Source: Prorocentrum cordatum
Lineage: Eukaryota
NCBI GenBank assembly: GCA_963575745.1
Contig: CAUYUJ010000260.1
Location: 62,001 to 116,189, forward strand
Length of the DNA: 54,189 bases
Reading direction: 5' to 3'
This document shows, piece after piece, positions 10,784 to 23,886 of the stretch. Both the position numbers and the translations under genes were made by a program. A model generated the notes under the pieces. It was not told the DNA's origin. It made no database searches and saw only the letters and a list, made by a program, of their open reading frames with translations. Position 1 is the first letter of the stretch; every line of letters starts with the position of its first letter.

Positions 10784-11439
10784 TACTTCCGACCGACGTG
10801 CAAGTGCATGCAGAGACGGCCCTCCCCGCGGCGCGCTCCCGGCGGGTCGGCCGCGGGATCCAGCGGGGGTGAGCGGGCGGGGGAGGATGGCGGGGGGAGG
10901 GAGGGGAGGAGGGCGAGGGGAGCGGGGATCGGCGAGGAGGCCAGAGGAGGAGAGCGAGGGGAGGAGGGCGACGAGGGCGGGGATCGGGGAGGAGGGCGAG
11001 GGGAGCGAGGGGGGCGAGAAGAGCAGCAGCGGGCGAAGGGGAGTAGGAGGACGAGGAGAAGCAGGAGCAGGAGGAGAAAGAGGATGAGGAGGAAGAGGAG
11101 GAGGGAGGAGGAGGAGGAGGAGCTCCAGGAGGAGGAGGAGGAAGAGGAGGAGGAGCAGAAAGAGGAGGAGGAGGAGGAAGATGAGGAGTTGTTTTTTTTG
11201 GGGGGAGGAGGAGGAGTTCTGTTACTCAGGCCGACCCGCCTGAGTCGATTGGTTGCGCCATTGTCTACCGCACCGCCGCTCCAGCTCTGTTACGTTTCTC
11301 CGCGCAACGTAGCACAAGGGGAGGAGGAGGAGGAAGAGGAGGAGGAGGAGGAGGAGGAGGAGGAGGAGGAGGAGAAGGAGCAGGAGGAGGAGGAGGAGGG
11401 GGCATAAGCAACAGGAGCAGGGCAGATAATGATCGAAAG

Positions 11440-13080
11440 GATGACGTAGAGGATGAGGATGAGGCGGATGGGGGAGCAGGCGAGGAGGAAACGACGACGA
11501 TGATGGTGATGATGGTGATGATGGTGATGTTGATGATTCGAATGGTTAAGTGATTGTAGTACTTCTGATTTTCAAATTCCCATGTTGTATGAGGATGCTG
11601 ATGATGATGAAGACGATGCTGATGATGTTGATGCTGACGCTGATGCTGATGATGGTGGTGGTGATGGTGATGGTGGTGATCCTGATTATGCAAATGATAG
11701 TGATGATGCTGCTGATGGTGATGATGATGATGATGCCCGTGATGCTGATGTTGACGACGGTGACGACGACGACGCTGTTGCTGCTGATATGTTGACGATG
11801 ATGCTGATGCTAACGAAGCTGCTGATGATGATGCTGGTGATTATAATGATGCTGGTGATGATAATGATGCTGCTGCTGTTGATGATAGTGATGCTGGTGC
11901 TGATGCTGATGCTGATGCTGCTGCAGATGAAGTTTGCTTTCGCTGTCGATGATGATGATTAGCATGATGCTCGTGAACATGGTGATGATAAGGCTGATGA
12001 TGATGATGATGATGATGATGATGACGATACTGATGCGACTGACGATGGCGTTGCCGATGACGCTGACGAGCGACGATGACGATGATGCTGATGCTGATGC
12101 ATATGCTGCTGATGATGATGAGTATGATGATGATGCTGTTGATGATGATGTGGATCATGCTAGTATGCTAGCGATGATGATGCTGCTGTTGATGATAATG
12201 ATGCTGACGATGGCGATGACGATACCGATGACGCTGACGTGCGACGATGACGATGATGATGCTGATGCGTATGCTGCTGATGATCATGATTCTGATGATA
12301 CTGCTCATGATGATGCTGCTGATTATTTGGATGATGCTCTAATGCTGGGATGAGGATGAGGATGAGGACGAGGACGATGATGAGGATGCTACCGACGATA
12401 CTAACGATAATGCTGATGAGGATGATGTTGATGATGCTGATAATGAGGATGATGATGATGATGATGATGACGACGATGATGATGCTACTGATGGTGGTGA
12501 TGATGATGCTGCTGGATGCTGCTGCTGATGATGCTGAGGATGATGATGATGATGGGGAGCTGGAGGAGGATGAGCAGGAGGAGGATGACGAGTTGGAAGA
12601 TACGCAAGCGAGAGGCTGAGCAGGTGGAGGAGGAAAAGGGGGATATGATAGGGAGCAGTCGAGGTGGAGGAGAATGGGCTCATGGTGGTGATGACGATGG
12701 TGCTGATGGAGATGATGATGATGATGCTGGCGATGATGATCGTGATAACGATGGTGATGATGGTGATGGTGATCATGTTGTTGATGATGTAGTGACTGCT
12801 GCTGATGATGCTGCTGCTGGTAATGATGGTGATGATGGCGGTGGTGGTGGTGATGATGCTGATGGTGGTGATAATATCATCATGGCGATGATGATGCGCA
12901 TGTTGATGCTGATGATGATGCTGATGATGTTGACGCTGATGCTGATGATGGCGATTGTGATGGTGATGATGACGATGATGCTGATGATCATGATGCTGAT
13001 GATGATGCTGATTCTCACGATACTGGTGGCGATATTTCTGATGGGGAGGAGGAGGGTTCCGGCGATGATTATGCTTTCGA
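11440..13080 (+). repeat. Degenerate (GAT)n tract
   Basis: Seen directly; preceded by (GGA)n tracts at ~11050-11400. Confidence 0.95.
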
Positions 13081-14861
13081 TGATGGGAAGGGGGTGGCTC
13101 GGGGCCCTGATGCGTTTTGCCCCGCCAATCTTAAACAAGTTACGCGCGTACCTGGAATATGTTAGCTACGGTGGAATTCTCAAATTGGCGGGTAGTTATA
13201 GAGAATCGGGAGGCATGCGAGTGCAGTATTTCAGGGCGCGCGCGCGATTACACTCACATGAATGTTGCCAAACTCGTGGTGAACACTAGCTGCATATTTG
13301 TCGTCATTGTGCTGGCCCAACAGTGCTCCTCTTACCGAGCACGTCGACATGGATGGTGATAATTCTGAGGACCCTGTCAACAGTTCAAAAACCACCAGAG
13401 GAGCCACACGCAGACACACGAGCGCCGAGGCAATGCAGGCAGGCCCCTAACAGTTTGCTCCGTCGTAGCAGATTTGGTAAAGTCTGGATTTGTTGGTGTT
13501 TTGTGAGGACTTGAAAGGCTCGGACGGCCCGCTCGGCAGTTGATCTGGCAGAGGGCGAATTCAAAGCAGTGTGAAGAGTCTAGCATGTATCCAGATTAAG
13601 CCCATCTGTGGATCAGTCAGATGGCTCTTACAGCACAAGCAGCTCAAACAAAGACGAGGGCGAATGTTTTTGACGTTGGCTGGGTTGAACACGTCTCATG
13701 GTTGATTTAGTACATACAATTAGACACATCAGGCCTGTGTAGCGAGTCTGGGCTTGATGGAACCAGATGAATCCAATCGTACCTAGGTGAAGCCAGATAA
13801 ACCAGTATGACACCATGTGACACCATACGGGATCAACATGACATCATACGAAACCATGCCGGGCCAAGACGAAGCCAGATGGAACCATATGACACCAATA
13901 CGAATCGAAATGCCAGCCCACGCCGCATGCCATGGTGAGTTGTCGCGTGTCTCTGGAGCAATCCAGCACAGTGCCTCAGGCATCGGGTAAGGTAGTGTGC
14001 CGTGAGGTCAAGAGCAACTCGGTCATGCAGACGTGCGCGGTGCTAATTCGCATGCTGAATCGATGGTGTCAATGCTGGAGCTCGGTCGAACCTGACTCAT
14101 GCCATTGCGGGCTTTACGGCGGGTCTCACATGCACGAATTCTGCAGTGCCGATTTGATTTTTGCGCTATTGGCCCTGAGGCCGTAGGTTTGGGAGCCGTG
14201 ACCCTAATCAGTACACCCTTGATCTTGCACACATGGCCGCGGGTTCCCGTAGCCACGCTGTTGTGTATCGCAAGTGGTGGTCGCCAACCAGCCCTTATCC
14301 AAGGATGAGGAGCAGGAGGAGGAGGTGGAGATGGAGGCGGAGAAGGAGGAGCCGTCCCCCTTTGGGCGCGTTCCTGGCTCTGCTCGAGAAGTCCGCGGGG
14401 GATGATCGGGGATGTCCTTTCCACATGTTTTCAATGTGATTGTTGATCTTGTCTCTGTCCGCTGATCATGTCCAGAACTGCCGCCGCCTCTCTCGAGTAT
14501 TGTGTTTCACATGCGGGATTTCAATTTGTGGTATTACTTTATTTTTCCTCGGTCGGAGAGTTCGCGGTCCTTCAACAATGGCCTTCTCCTCCCCCACTTC
14601 CTTTTCCTCCTCCCTCTCCTCCTCCCTCTCCTCCTTTTCCTCCTCCTGCTTCTCCTCCTCCTCCTCCTCCTCCTTCTCCCTCTCCTCCTCCCTCTGCCCC
14701 CCCCTTCCCCTCCCCCTTCCATCTCCTCCCCCCCCGATCTCCCTTCTCTCCTCTCCCCTCCACCCTCTCCCCCCCCGCCGTCCCTCCCTCCGCCTTTCCC
14801 CCCGCCCCTCGCCCCCTCCCCCCCGCGCCGGCGCGCGACTCCCCGTGTGGGCCCGCCGTAG

Positions 14862-14940
14862 GTCTCCGCGGAGGTCATCGGGAACGTGGCCCAGCCCGCC
14901 TCCCCGGAGGCGCAGGACCTGGCGGTGCTGCTGCACCGAG
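14862..14940 (+). CDS. Candidate short exon VSAEVIGNVAQPASPEAQDLAVLLHR
   Basis: ccgtAG|G acceptor after a pyrimidine-rich run; AG|GC donor; almost all third codon positions G/C. Confidence 0.45.
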
Positions 14941-16145
14941 GCGCCCGACGCCGCGCGAGGGCCGAGCCCGCGGCGGGCGCCTCTCCTTCTCCCTCCGCTG
15001 GGTATCGTTTCACCGATGCCCATCCCCATCCCCATCCCCTTCGAGGCCCCCATCAAATTGCCACCCCAGTTGGGGATACCCCCCTCGAAGCCCGAAGGGA
15101 ACGGCCTGCATCTCCATGCAAGGGGGGCAAATCGGCCAGTGGGGCCCAGGCCACGCCGCGGGGGGTGGGGATCGGCTGAGCGGTACTCGTCCTCCGCCGC
15201 GCGGCCGAGCCCAGGACGCCTGGGGAGCACGCTGGTTGGCTCCGCCCATGTTCCCAGATCTCCGGCGATGTCCCAGGCGCCACTCATGGGGTCCGAAGTG
15301 ATGGGGTCCATGGAACGCGCCGCATCGCCGAGGCATCGGCGATGCGGCTCGCTGTGGAGCCCGACTTGATCCACGCCGACGTCGCCGATGCATCGCCAGC
15401 GTCGCCGATGCATCGGCCAGCGTTTTCCGTCGATTTCGGCCTTGGGTTGGGGGCCCGTTGTCGAGCCCCGGGGGTCATCAGACATGGATTCGGAATGAAC
15501 GCTGTCCCAGAGGGGCCGGGTTTACTGGGGCCGCGCCTTGTCTGGTTTCGTCCGATGTCTGGGTGAACGTCTGGGTTCGATGCAGGAAGAAACAGACGCC
15601 CAGAACTGATGTTTACTGAGCAGTCCTGGGCGTTTACTGAAGAGTGCTGTTCCGTTCGGTTCAATCTGTGCGCCTGCTGGAGGTCTTCGCTTGCGCGGAG
15701 GTTGGCTCTGCAGCTCTCCGTACATCGAGGGACACATCGGCATAAGGATACAGTCAACCCGCATAGTAAGGATGAACATCTTTCCAAGGTTGCCCTTGCA
15801 TCCTTCCCCTTCGGCTCATCCTTAGCCGCCTTCGCTGGCCGCGCCGCGCTCGCAACGCATAGACATGGCATTCTAAGGCCCTTGCATACAGTCGGGTTCC
15901 ATTGGTAGGTCGGCCCTGCGAAAAAGAGGGTGCTCTTGTGCCCTGAGCATCGCGCGTCGTGTCCTCTGCGGCCGAATGGGGGTACCCTTGGCAGGCTACC
16001 CTTGCGTCCTGTGGTTTTGGAGGCCATGTTGCCGTCGGAAGCGTCTCGTGTCCTGCCGCGCGTCCTGTGCGCCATAACCCGCCTGTACTCCTCGTGCGTC
16101 CTTCTTTGTGCGAGTGGACGGCACACCTTCGGAGGTCCGTGCAGA

Positions 16146-16331
16146 TGGGGGGCCACATGCGAACCCTGCCCCTACCCCCCAAGATCTCGGAGGGGGAGGG
16201 TGGGGTTCGCTTCGCTCTGGAGCTCTCGAGCGAAGTGAACCCCACCCTCCCCCTCCGAAATCGTGGGGGGTAGTTTTTTTTTTTTTTGCAATTCTTTTTT
16301 TTTTTTGCAATCCTTCGCATGTGGCCCCCCA
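16146..16331. mobile_element. MITE (186 bp, TG..CA, 18-bp perfect TIR) with a strong internal hairpin
   Basis: TGGGGGGCCACATGCGAA / TTCGCATGTGGCCCCCCA; TSD GCAGA/CCAGA (4/5); internal IR at ~16172-16273. Confidence 0.85.
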
Positions 16332-16482
16332 CCAGATCTCTCGGACCGGCGCCGGACCCTTCTGGCGTGCTCCGCGCGCCGGCAGAGGGCGGGGTCGGCG
16401 CGGCGCGTCCCGGGGATGCTGGCACCGCGCAGCCCCGCGAGCCAGGCGCAGAGGCCGACGCGAAGACCTGCATGGGGTTGCT

Positions 16483-16610
16483 TGGCATCGCTCGGACGTG
16501 TGCATGTTTCCTTCGGCGAGGGCCCTCGAGGAGCATCCTGGATCATCCGGCGAAAAAGCCGCGCACGAGACAAGAGAGACACACAGGGTATGGACGTCCG
16601 AGCGATGCCA
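16483..16610 (+). mobile_element. MITE-like repeat with TGGCATCGCTCGGACGT inverted repeats
   Basis: 17-bp perfect IR; homolog at ~48748-48878. Confidence 0.7.
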
Positions 16611-16799
16611 GGGTTACGCATTGCGTCTGCGCGTGAAGCGACAATCCAAGTTCCTGCGTGCGCGGCGCTGGCTCGTGACTGTGCCAAGCTGGCTGTCCTG
16701 TGCCTCTTCGGTGATATCTTTATATGCTGTGCCGATGCGCCACAGAGGCAGCCCCCCCCCACACTGCCGCGCATGTCCCAGCTGGATGTCGAATATTGG

Positions 16800-17641
16800 A
16801 ATGAGGCTGATAGTGATGATGATGATGGTGATGATGAAAATGATAGTGATGATGATGGTGAGGATGACGCTGATGATGATGAGGATTATGATGATGACGA
16901 TGCTGATGATGTTGCTAATGCTGATGCTGATGATGATGATCATGCTGCTGTTGATGATGCTGATGCTGATGCTGATGACGATGACGATGCTGCTGATGAT
17001 GCTGATGATGCTGCTGCTGATGATGATGCTGATGAGGATGGTGATGCTGATGATAGGTGATGAAATTATGATGGTGATATTGCCGGTGATGGTGACGGTG
17101 ATGGTGATGATGATGATGGTGATCCTGATGGTGATGGTGATGTTGATGGTGATGATGGTGATGCTGATGCTGATGATGATGCTGCTGCTGATGATGATGA
17201 TGAGGAGGATTATGCTGATTATGGTCATGATGCTGCTGCTGATGGTGATGATGAACATGATGATGATGATGATGCTGATGATGATGATGATGATACTGAT
17301 GATGCTGCTGCTGATGATGATGCTGATGATGCTGCTGATGATGATGATGCTGATGATGATGACGACGACGACGATATGATGATGATGATGCTGATGATTA
17401 TGATGATGATGAGGGTGATTGTGATGAGGGTGATCTTGATGATGATGCTGCTGCTGATGCTGATGATGATGATGCTGCTGTTGATAATGATGCTGATGAT
17501 GATGATGCTGATGATAATGATGCTGATGATGATCATGATGATGATGATGCTGATGATGATGATGATGATGATGATGAGGATGATGGATGATGATGATGAG
17601 GATGAGGATGAGGATGCTGATGATGATGATTATGATGATGC

Positions 17642-17681
<40 letters not shown>
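16800..17681 (+). repeat. Degenerate (GAT)n tract running into the assembly gap
   Basis: Seen directly. Confidence 0.95.
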
Positions 17682-17781
17682 NNNNNNNNNNNNNNNNNNN
17701 NNNNNNNNNNNNNNNNNNNNNNNNNNNNNNNNNNNNNNNNNNNNNNNNNNNNNNNNNNNNNNNNNNNNNNNNNNNNNNNNN
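17682..17781. other. Assembly gap (100 N)
   Basis: Run of N between (GAT)n and (CCT)n; true distance unknown. Confidence 1.
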
Positions 17782-17960
17782 CTTCCTCCTCCTCATCCTC
17801 CTCCCCCCCCTCCTCCTCCTCCCTCCTCCTCCTCCTCCTCCTCCTCCTCCTCCTCCTCCTCCTCCTCCTCGAGAAACCGGTCTCGGGGAAAGGGTCGGGC
17901 CCCCAGACGGGGTGGGGGCCACACCGCGCGGCGGGTCGGTGGGGCTTCGGGGTCACCGCA

Positions 17961-18124
17961 CAGTGCCGTTCATAATGCACGCTCCGCGTGCGGATCGTGT
18001 ATGAAAAATGCAGGGTTTAGCATTAACTGCAACGATGAGTTCATGCATACAGTTATTCATACAGTAATCATGTATCAAACATCTATATTTCTTGAGATCC
18101 TATGTATAAAAAAAAACTGCCCTG
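17961..18124 (+). mobile_element. Family T1 MITE, copy 3
   Basis: CAGTGCCGTT...AAACTGCCCTG; homologous internal sequence. Confidence 0.65.
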
Positions 18125-18834
18125 CACGGTTCTGGGACTCGGGCGACTGGGGCATCCGAGGTCCCAAAACCGCGCGTTGACGGACCGTGCGGCGAGGTCG
18201 TGGCGAATTGTCGAGGTCAGCGCACGGTCCGTCGTCCCACAGCCCCCGCGGCAGCCAGGCGACGGGCCCGCCACGGCCGCCTACGGCCACGGTCAGACTT
18301 TTAGGGAGTAGCTGGAAGCACGCCTTTACACGCCGAGTGCTCCGCACTTTCGCGTGCATCCTGCGCATGGCGTCTTGTGGCGTCTCGCGTGTACGTCGGA
18401 GGGCCGCTTCACCCGACGCCACTTAGCGTGTGCGCCCCTGCGCTGCTCAGCGTGTCAACGGCTTCGGCTTCACAAGGCCCGAAATCACACACGCTAAGAA
18501 TAGGACCGTGACCGTACGATCCGATTCGATGCGGTTCGATTCGCTGGCCAGGGCTGCGATTCCGGTTCGATCGGGGCTCGTGGTACGGGGGTCAATGCGA
18601 ACGGGGGTCAGTCAGAGCGCCAGATCTTGCAGGATCCTGCAGAGCCAGGGTCGCATTGACCCGATTTTGGGTGCAGGATCTTGCGGGATCCTTCAAGATC
18701 CTGCAAGGCCTGACTCACCCCGGTCTGGATTGGCCCGGGTGAGTAGATCTCCGATTCGATTCGATATCGCTTGGATTCACCGGTATCGGCCGTGGCCAGC
18801 CGAGCCTGGATGCGGCAATCTTATTCCGATTCGA

Positions 18835-19330
18835 TTGGGAGCCTCGGGGGCCATCTTGGGGCCACCATGGAGCAGATCGATCAAAGGAGGGGTGCTCCTG
18901 AATAGTCCCTCCCCCCACGGGGCCCAAATGTCGCCAACACCTTAGCAACATCAATGTTGGCATTCTCGCCGAGACCTCGTGGGGCGTCTCGGGTGCCTCT
19001 GGGGGGCCTCTTGGGGGCATCCTGGGGGCCTCTTGGGGGCCTCTTGGGGGCCTCATCGGGGGGGCCTCCTGAGGCTACCTGGGCGCCCTTCTTGGGCGCC
19101 CTTCTTGGGGTCATCTTGGGGCACCCCTGGAGGCCTCGGGGGCCATCTTGGGGCCCTCTTGGAGGAGATCGATCAAGAGAGGGGAGCTCCCCAATTAGGG
19201 TCCCCCTCACGGGGTCCAGCCTCCTCATCCTCCTCCTCCTCCTCCATGTGGCCGAAACCGGAGCAACATCAGTGATGTTGGCTTTCTCGCCGAAGCTGTC
19301 TTGGGCGCTCCGGCGTCTCGCGGAACGCCC
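18835..19330 (+). repeat. GGGCCTCTTGG-type satellite/dispersed repeat
   Basis: ~11-bp degenerate motif with a repeated GATCGATCAA..GGAG segment. Confidence 0.7.
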
Positions 19331-20780
19331 CGTCCGGGCTGCGCAGGAGGGGTGAAGACACCCTCCCCGCCCGCAAGCTGCCTTGCTCACTCCTACCTCT
19401 CCAACTCACATGCGTAGCACCCGGGCCTCAGCATGTTCAGAGGTCATATTTGAATGGACAGCTAATGGGAACCCAAACAACTCCCATGTGCGCAACGCTG
19501 CGGCGAGGTGCGCCACGCGTGCCAGGCTCGCCACGCTCGTCAGGTGCGCCAGGCACCCTTGTGGCCCAAGCGTGCCAGGCACGCCTGGTGCGCCAGATGC
19601 GCCACGTGATCTACGTGCGCCAGTGTGCCGCATGCTCCAGCCGCGCCAGGTGCGCCACAGGGCACGTGCAGAGCGTGCCAGTGTCACCTCGTAGAGAAAG
19701 CTGGCAGTCTTCCCCCACCACCCTTGTCGAAAACGAGTGCAGAATCGCGGCGGGGTGGCCATCACAGTGTCTGTTGGGCTTGCGCACAGCAGGCAGTATG
19801 CCAGCACCCCCGCCGTTCCAGTCAAAAGCCAATGCACAGTGATCGCGGGGTGCCCGAGCATGATCCAGATTTTGCCCCAGAGTGCAGTTTGCATTGTTTT
19901 TTGAAAGGGGTGCTTGCCCTGCGCGCAGCCGACAATATGCGCCCCCCCCTCCCCCGCCGTTCGTGTAAAAAATACAAAGTGATCGCGCCCCCCCGATCAT
20001 GACCCAACATGTTGCCCCACAGTGGATTTCACATGGTTGTTGACAGTGATGGTGGGCGGGGTCCTCATTGGTATTGGTTGGCTGCCGACCGTCTGGGGGA
20101 GGGGGTGTTTATCAAGACGGGACATTTATAAACCCTCCCCCGAAGGGGAATAAGGATGGTTGGAAGATGAAACGCTTTTGACCACTCACGCCCTAAAGAG
20201 CTGGTAGAATTTCCCGAGTTTAGTGCTTCCCATGGCCTCAGTTTCCATGAGTTCTTGATTGCTTCATTTGTTGTCCAATGTTTTCCGAATGGTTCCCTCC
20301 AGTTTCCTCTGGAGGTTAGTGGTTCCCTTAGTGTTCTTGAAGTATTCTCTGTTTCTCTTCGGTGCCCCAACGCCTAGAAGATACTTTTTCCTGGAGCTTC
20401 CCTGAGTTCCCGTGTGTGTTCCCTATGTTTTCTTGATCCTCTCCGGTTTCCACATGGAGAGGTCGAATGATTATTCCCTCGAGAATTGTTCTTCCCATCG
20501 TGTCCTGTGTTTCCATGTGTTTTGTTTGTTTTCCATGGGTGTTTTTCTTTTCCCACTGTGTCTCTTCGGCTTCCCCACGGGGAGGTGGAATGACTAACCT
20601 CCGTTGGAGGTGAGGGGGTGAGATCGCAGTGAAACGGAGAGCCCCCCACTGGGAAATCGGTTTCGTATTCGTGTCGTGCGTGCAGGAGAGGCGAAGCTGC
20701 GTGGGCGGGCGGGATGAATGAACCCTCCTCTGGCTAGGGCGCCGCCAGGCCAAAATACCGCCCACCCCGCCAGGCCAAAT

Positions 20781-21322
20781 ACCGTCGGTGTCCCGTCGGT
20801 GTCCAGCGATGTCCCGCGGTGGTCCGTGGTGTCCCATCGGTGTCCTTTCGGTGTTCCGCGGTGTCCCGTGAGATCGATAGTGACATCGATAGCGAGATCG
20901 GTAGTCAGATCGATAGCGAGATGGTGAGATCGACAGTGAGATCGATAGTGAGATAGCGAGATTGATAGCGAGATCGATAGTGAGATCGATAATGAGATCG
21001 ATAGTGGCATCGATAGTGAGATCGATAGTGAGATCGATAGTAAGATCGATAGCGAGAGTGATAGTGATGTCCCGTCGGTGTCCCGTCGGTGTCCCGTCGG
21101 TGTGCGTCGGTGTGCCGTCGGTGTCCCGTCGGTGTTCCATCGGTGTTCCATCGGTGTCCCGTAGTGAGGTCGATAGTGACATCGATAGTGAGACAGATTA
21201 TGATATTAATAGTGAGGTCGAGAGTGTCATCGACTGTGAGGTCGATAGTGAGATCGATAGTGAGATCGACAGTCAGGTCGATAGTGAGGTCGATAGTGAG
21301 AGCGATAGTGAGATCGATCGAG
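20781..21322 (+). repeat. Alternating blocks of 11-bp (TGTCCCGTCGG) and 12-bp (GATAGTGAGATC) minisatellites
   Basis: 11-mer at ~20781-20868 and ~21068-21160; 12-mer at ~20868-21067 and ~21161-21322. Confidence 0.9.
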
Positions 21323-21384
21323 TGAAACATTGGTTCCCCCTCTCCGCGAACCTCTACATCACCCGAAGGGTGGTTGTGTAGGTA

Positions 21385-22700
21385 GGTTAGTGTTTCCCTT
21401 TGTTCCCCTCAGTTTACCCATGGTTTCAATGTTTTCCATGTGCTTTCCTTTGTTTCCCTAGGTTCCCCTTTGGTTTCCCATGGAGCGGTAGACGGTAGAA
21501 TGATAAACCTCCGGAGGTTAGTGTTTTCTGTATATCCCCAACGTTTCCCCCATGCCATTCCCATATCTGTTCCATTTGTGTCCCGTGTTTATCCCTCTGC
21601 TGGCTTGTTTATCCTCTCTTTCCGTCTCGTTCCCTCCTGGCTGTTTCAAACAGTTTCCATTTGTTTTCGTTTGTTTCCCTCCGGTTTCCCATGAGGAGGC
21701 AGAATGGCCCACCTGTGTTTCCCTCCCGATTGTCCCTCCTTTGCTTCCCTCCTGGAGTCCCCCTGCTTTCCCTCCTTTGTTTCCCTTTGGTTCTCTTCCT
21801 GTTTTGCCTCCTCTGTTTCCCTCCTCTGTTTCCCTCCTTTGTTTCCCTCCTTTGTTTCCCTCCTGGTGTCCCTTCTTTGTTTCCCTCCTTATTTCCCTCC
21901 AGGTTTCTCTCCAGGTTTTCCTTTTTTGTTCCCCTCCTTCGATTCCCTTCTGATTTCACTCCTTCGTTTCCCTCCTTGTTTCTCTTCTCCGGGTTTCCTT
22001 CCTGTTCCCCTTCCGTGTTTCCTTGGCGTTTCCCCTCTGTTCCCTTTTGGGTTGCCATGGGGCGGTAGAATGGCTAACCTCTGAAGGTTGTTGTTTTTCC
22101 CTCCTGGTGTCCCTCCTGGTTTCCGTCCTTGTTTCCCCGGTTGTTCTCCTGGTGTCTATCCTGTTTGCTATCTTGGTGTGCCTCTTTTATTCCCCCCTTG
22201 TTTCCCTCCTTTGTTTCCCTCCTGGTTTCCCTCTTTCGTTTCCTTTTCGTTTCCCTCCAGGTTTCCCTCCTTTATATTCCTCCTAGCTACTATCCTAGTT
22301 TCACTCCTTTGTTCCCCTCATTGTTTCCCTCCTTTGGTTCATCCTTTGTTTCGCTGCGTTGGTTTCCTCCTTTGTTTCCCTCCTGGTTTCCCTCCGTTGA
22401 TTCCCTCCTCTGTATCCCTCTTGGTTATCCTTTTTGGTTTCCTGGTTTCTCTCCTGGTGTTCTTACCTGCTGTTTTCCCTCCTTAATTTCCTGTCCTTGT
22501 TTACCATGTTGGTTTCTCGTTTGTATTTCACTCATAATGTCCCTCCTGTTCTTTCGTCTTGGTTCCCCTCGTGGTTTCCACGTGGTCCCCCTCCTTCAGT
22601 TCTTTCTGGGTGTCCCTTGTTTTTTCCCAACCATCCTGTGGTGTTGGGTCCTCGTTTTGAAGAGACGGTCCCCGCGTTCACTCCTTATCCTCCCGCTGCC
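21385..22700 (+). repeat. Pyrimidine-rich TTTCCCTCCT(GG/TT) degenerate satellite
   Basis: Seen directly; it also occurs at ~23375-23710 and ~26370-27030. Confidence 0.85.
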
Positions 22701-22737
22701 CCCTCCCTCCTCCTCTCCTCCATTATCATCGTCATCA

Positions 22738-23320
22738 CCCATTTTGGCACTCCCCTCACACGTTTCGTTGCCCCATAGGGAGCCCCACCGAAGGCCCATA
22801 TGCCAGCGTTCGCATGCGCCCACCGCAGCCATTGTGGCACACCCCTCACACGCTTCGTGGCCCCGTCGGGAGCTCCACCGAAGGCCCGAACTGCCAGCGT
22901 TCGCGTGCGCCCACTGCACCCACTTGGCACGCCCCTCACACGTTTATGGCCCCCAAAGGAGCCCCACCGAAGGCACGCATGCCAGCGATCGCATGCGCCC
23001 GCCGCACCCATTTTGGCACACCCCTCACACGTTTCGTGGCCCCATGAGGAGCCCAGATGCCAGCGTTCGCATGCCCCACCGCGCCCATTTTGGCACACCC
23101 TCACACGCTTCGTGGCCCCATAGGGAGCCCCACTGACGGCCCAAACTGCCAGCGTTCGCGTGCGCCCACCGCACCCATTTTGGCACACCCCTCACACGTT
23201 TCGTGGCCCCATCGGGAGCCCCACCGACGGCCCAAACTGCCAGTGTTCGCGTGCGCCCACCGCGCCCATTTTGGCACGCCCCTCATAAGTTTCGTGTCCC
23301 CATCGGGAGCTCCACCGACT
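22738..23320 (+). repeat. ~90-bp tandem minisatellite (~7 units)
   Basis: CCATTTTGGCACACCCCTCACACG... recurs near 22739, 22829, 22919, 23008, 23085, 23174 and 23266. Confidence 0.9.
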
Positions 23321-23717
23321 GCGGTGCATACACCCACGGCTCTCACAACTGCATATGGTTGGGTCTCTCGCCAGGCTAGTTTCCCTCCTTGGTGTCCCTC
23401 CTTTGTTTCCTTCATGGTGCCCCGCCTTTGCTTCCCTTCTGATATCCCTCGTGGTGTCCCAACTGATTTCCCTCCTATGTTTACCTGCTCTTTTCCCTCC
23501 TTTGTTTCCCTCCTAGTTGCATCCTGATTTTCATTTCCTTGTTTTTCTATGTGCTTCCATCGTTCGTTCCTTCTTGATTGCAACCCCTCCTGTGTTTCCT
23601 TTGCTGTGTCCCTCCTGGTGTTCTTCCTGGTCTTTCTCCCGTGTCTCACTCCTGGTGCCCACGCTCTGGTCCCCTCCCGGTCCCCCTTCCGTTCTCCCCT
23701 CCTTTGGTTTCCATCCT

Positions 23718-23886
23718 TCGTTTATTTCCTGGTGTTCTGCCTTTATTTAATGGTGTTCCTCGTTTATTTCCTCGTTTATTTAATGGTGTTCCTCGTTTAT
23801 TTAATGGTGTTCCTCGTTTATTTAATGGTATTTCCGTTTATTTCCTGGTGTTCCTCGTTTATTTCCTGGTGTTCTGCCTTTATTTG
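23718..23886 (+). repeat. 21-bp AT-rich tandem repeat
   Basis: CGTTTATTT(AAT/CCT)GGTGTTCCT units. Confidence 0.9.

Noticed and set aside
22738..23320. SL RNA gene array (units contain CCATTTTGGC)
   Set aside because: Only 10 nt of the leader match, and the TCAAG end and following GT donor are absent in every unit.
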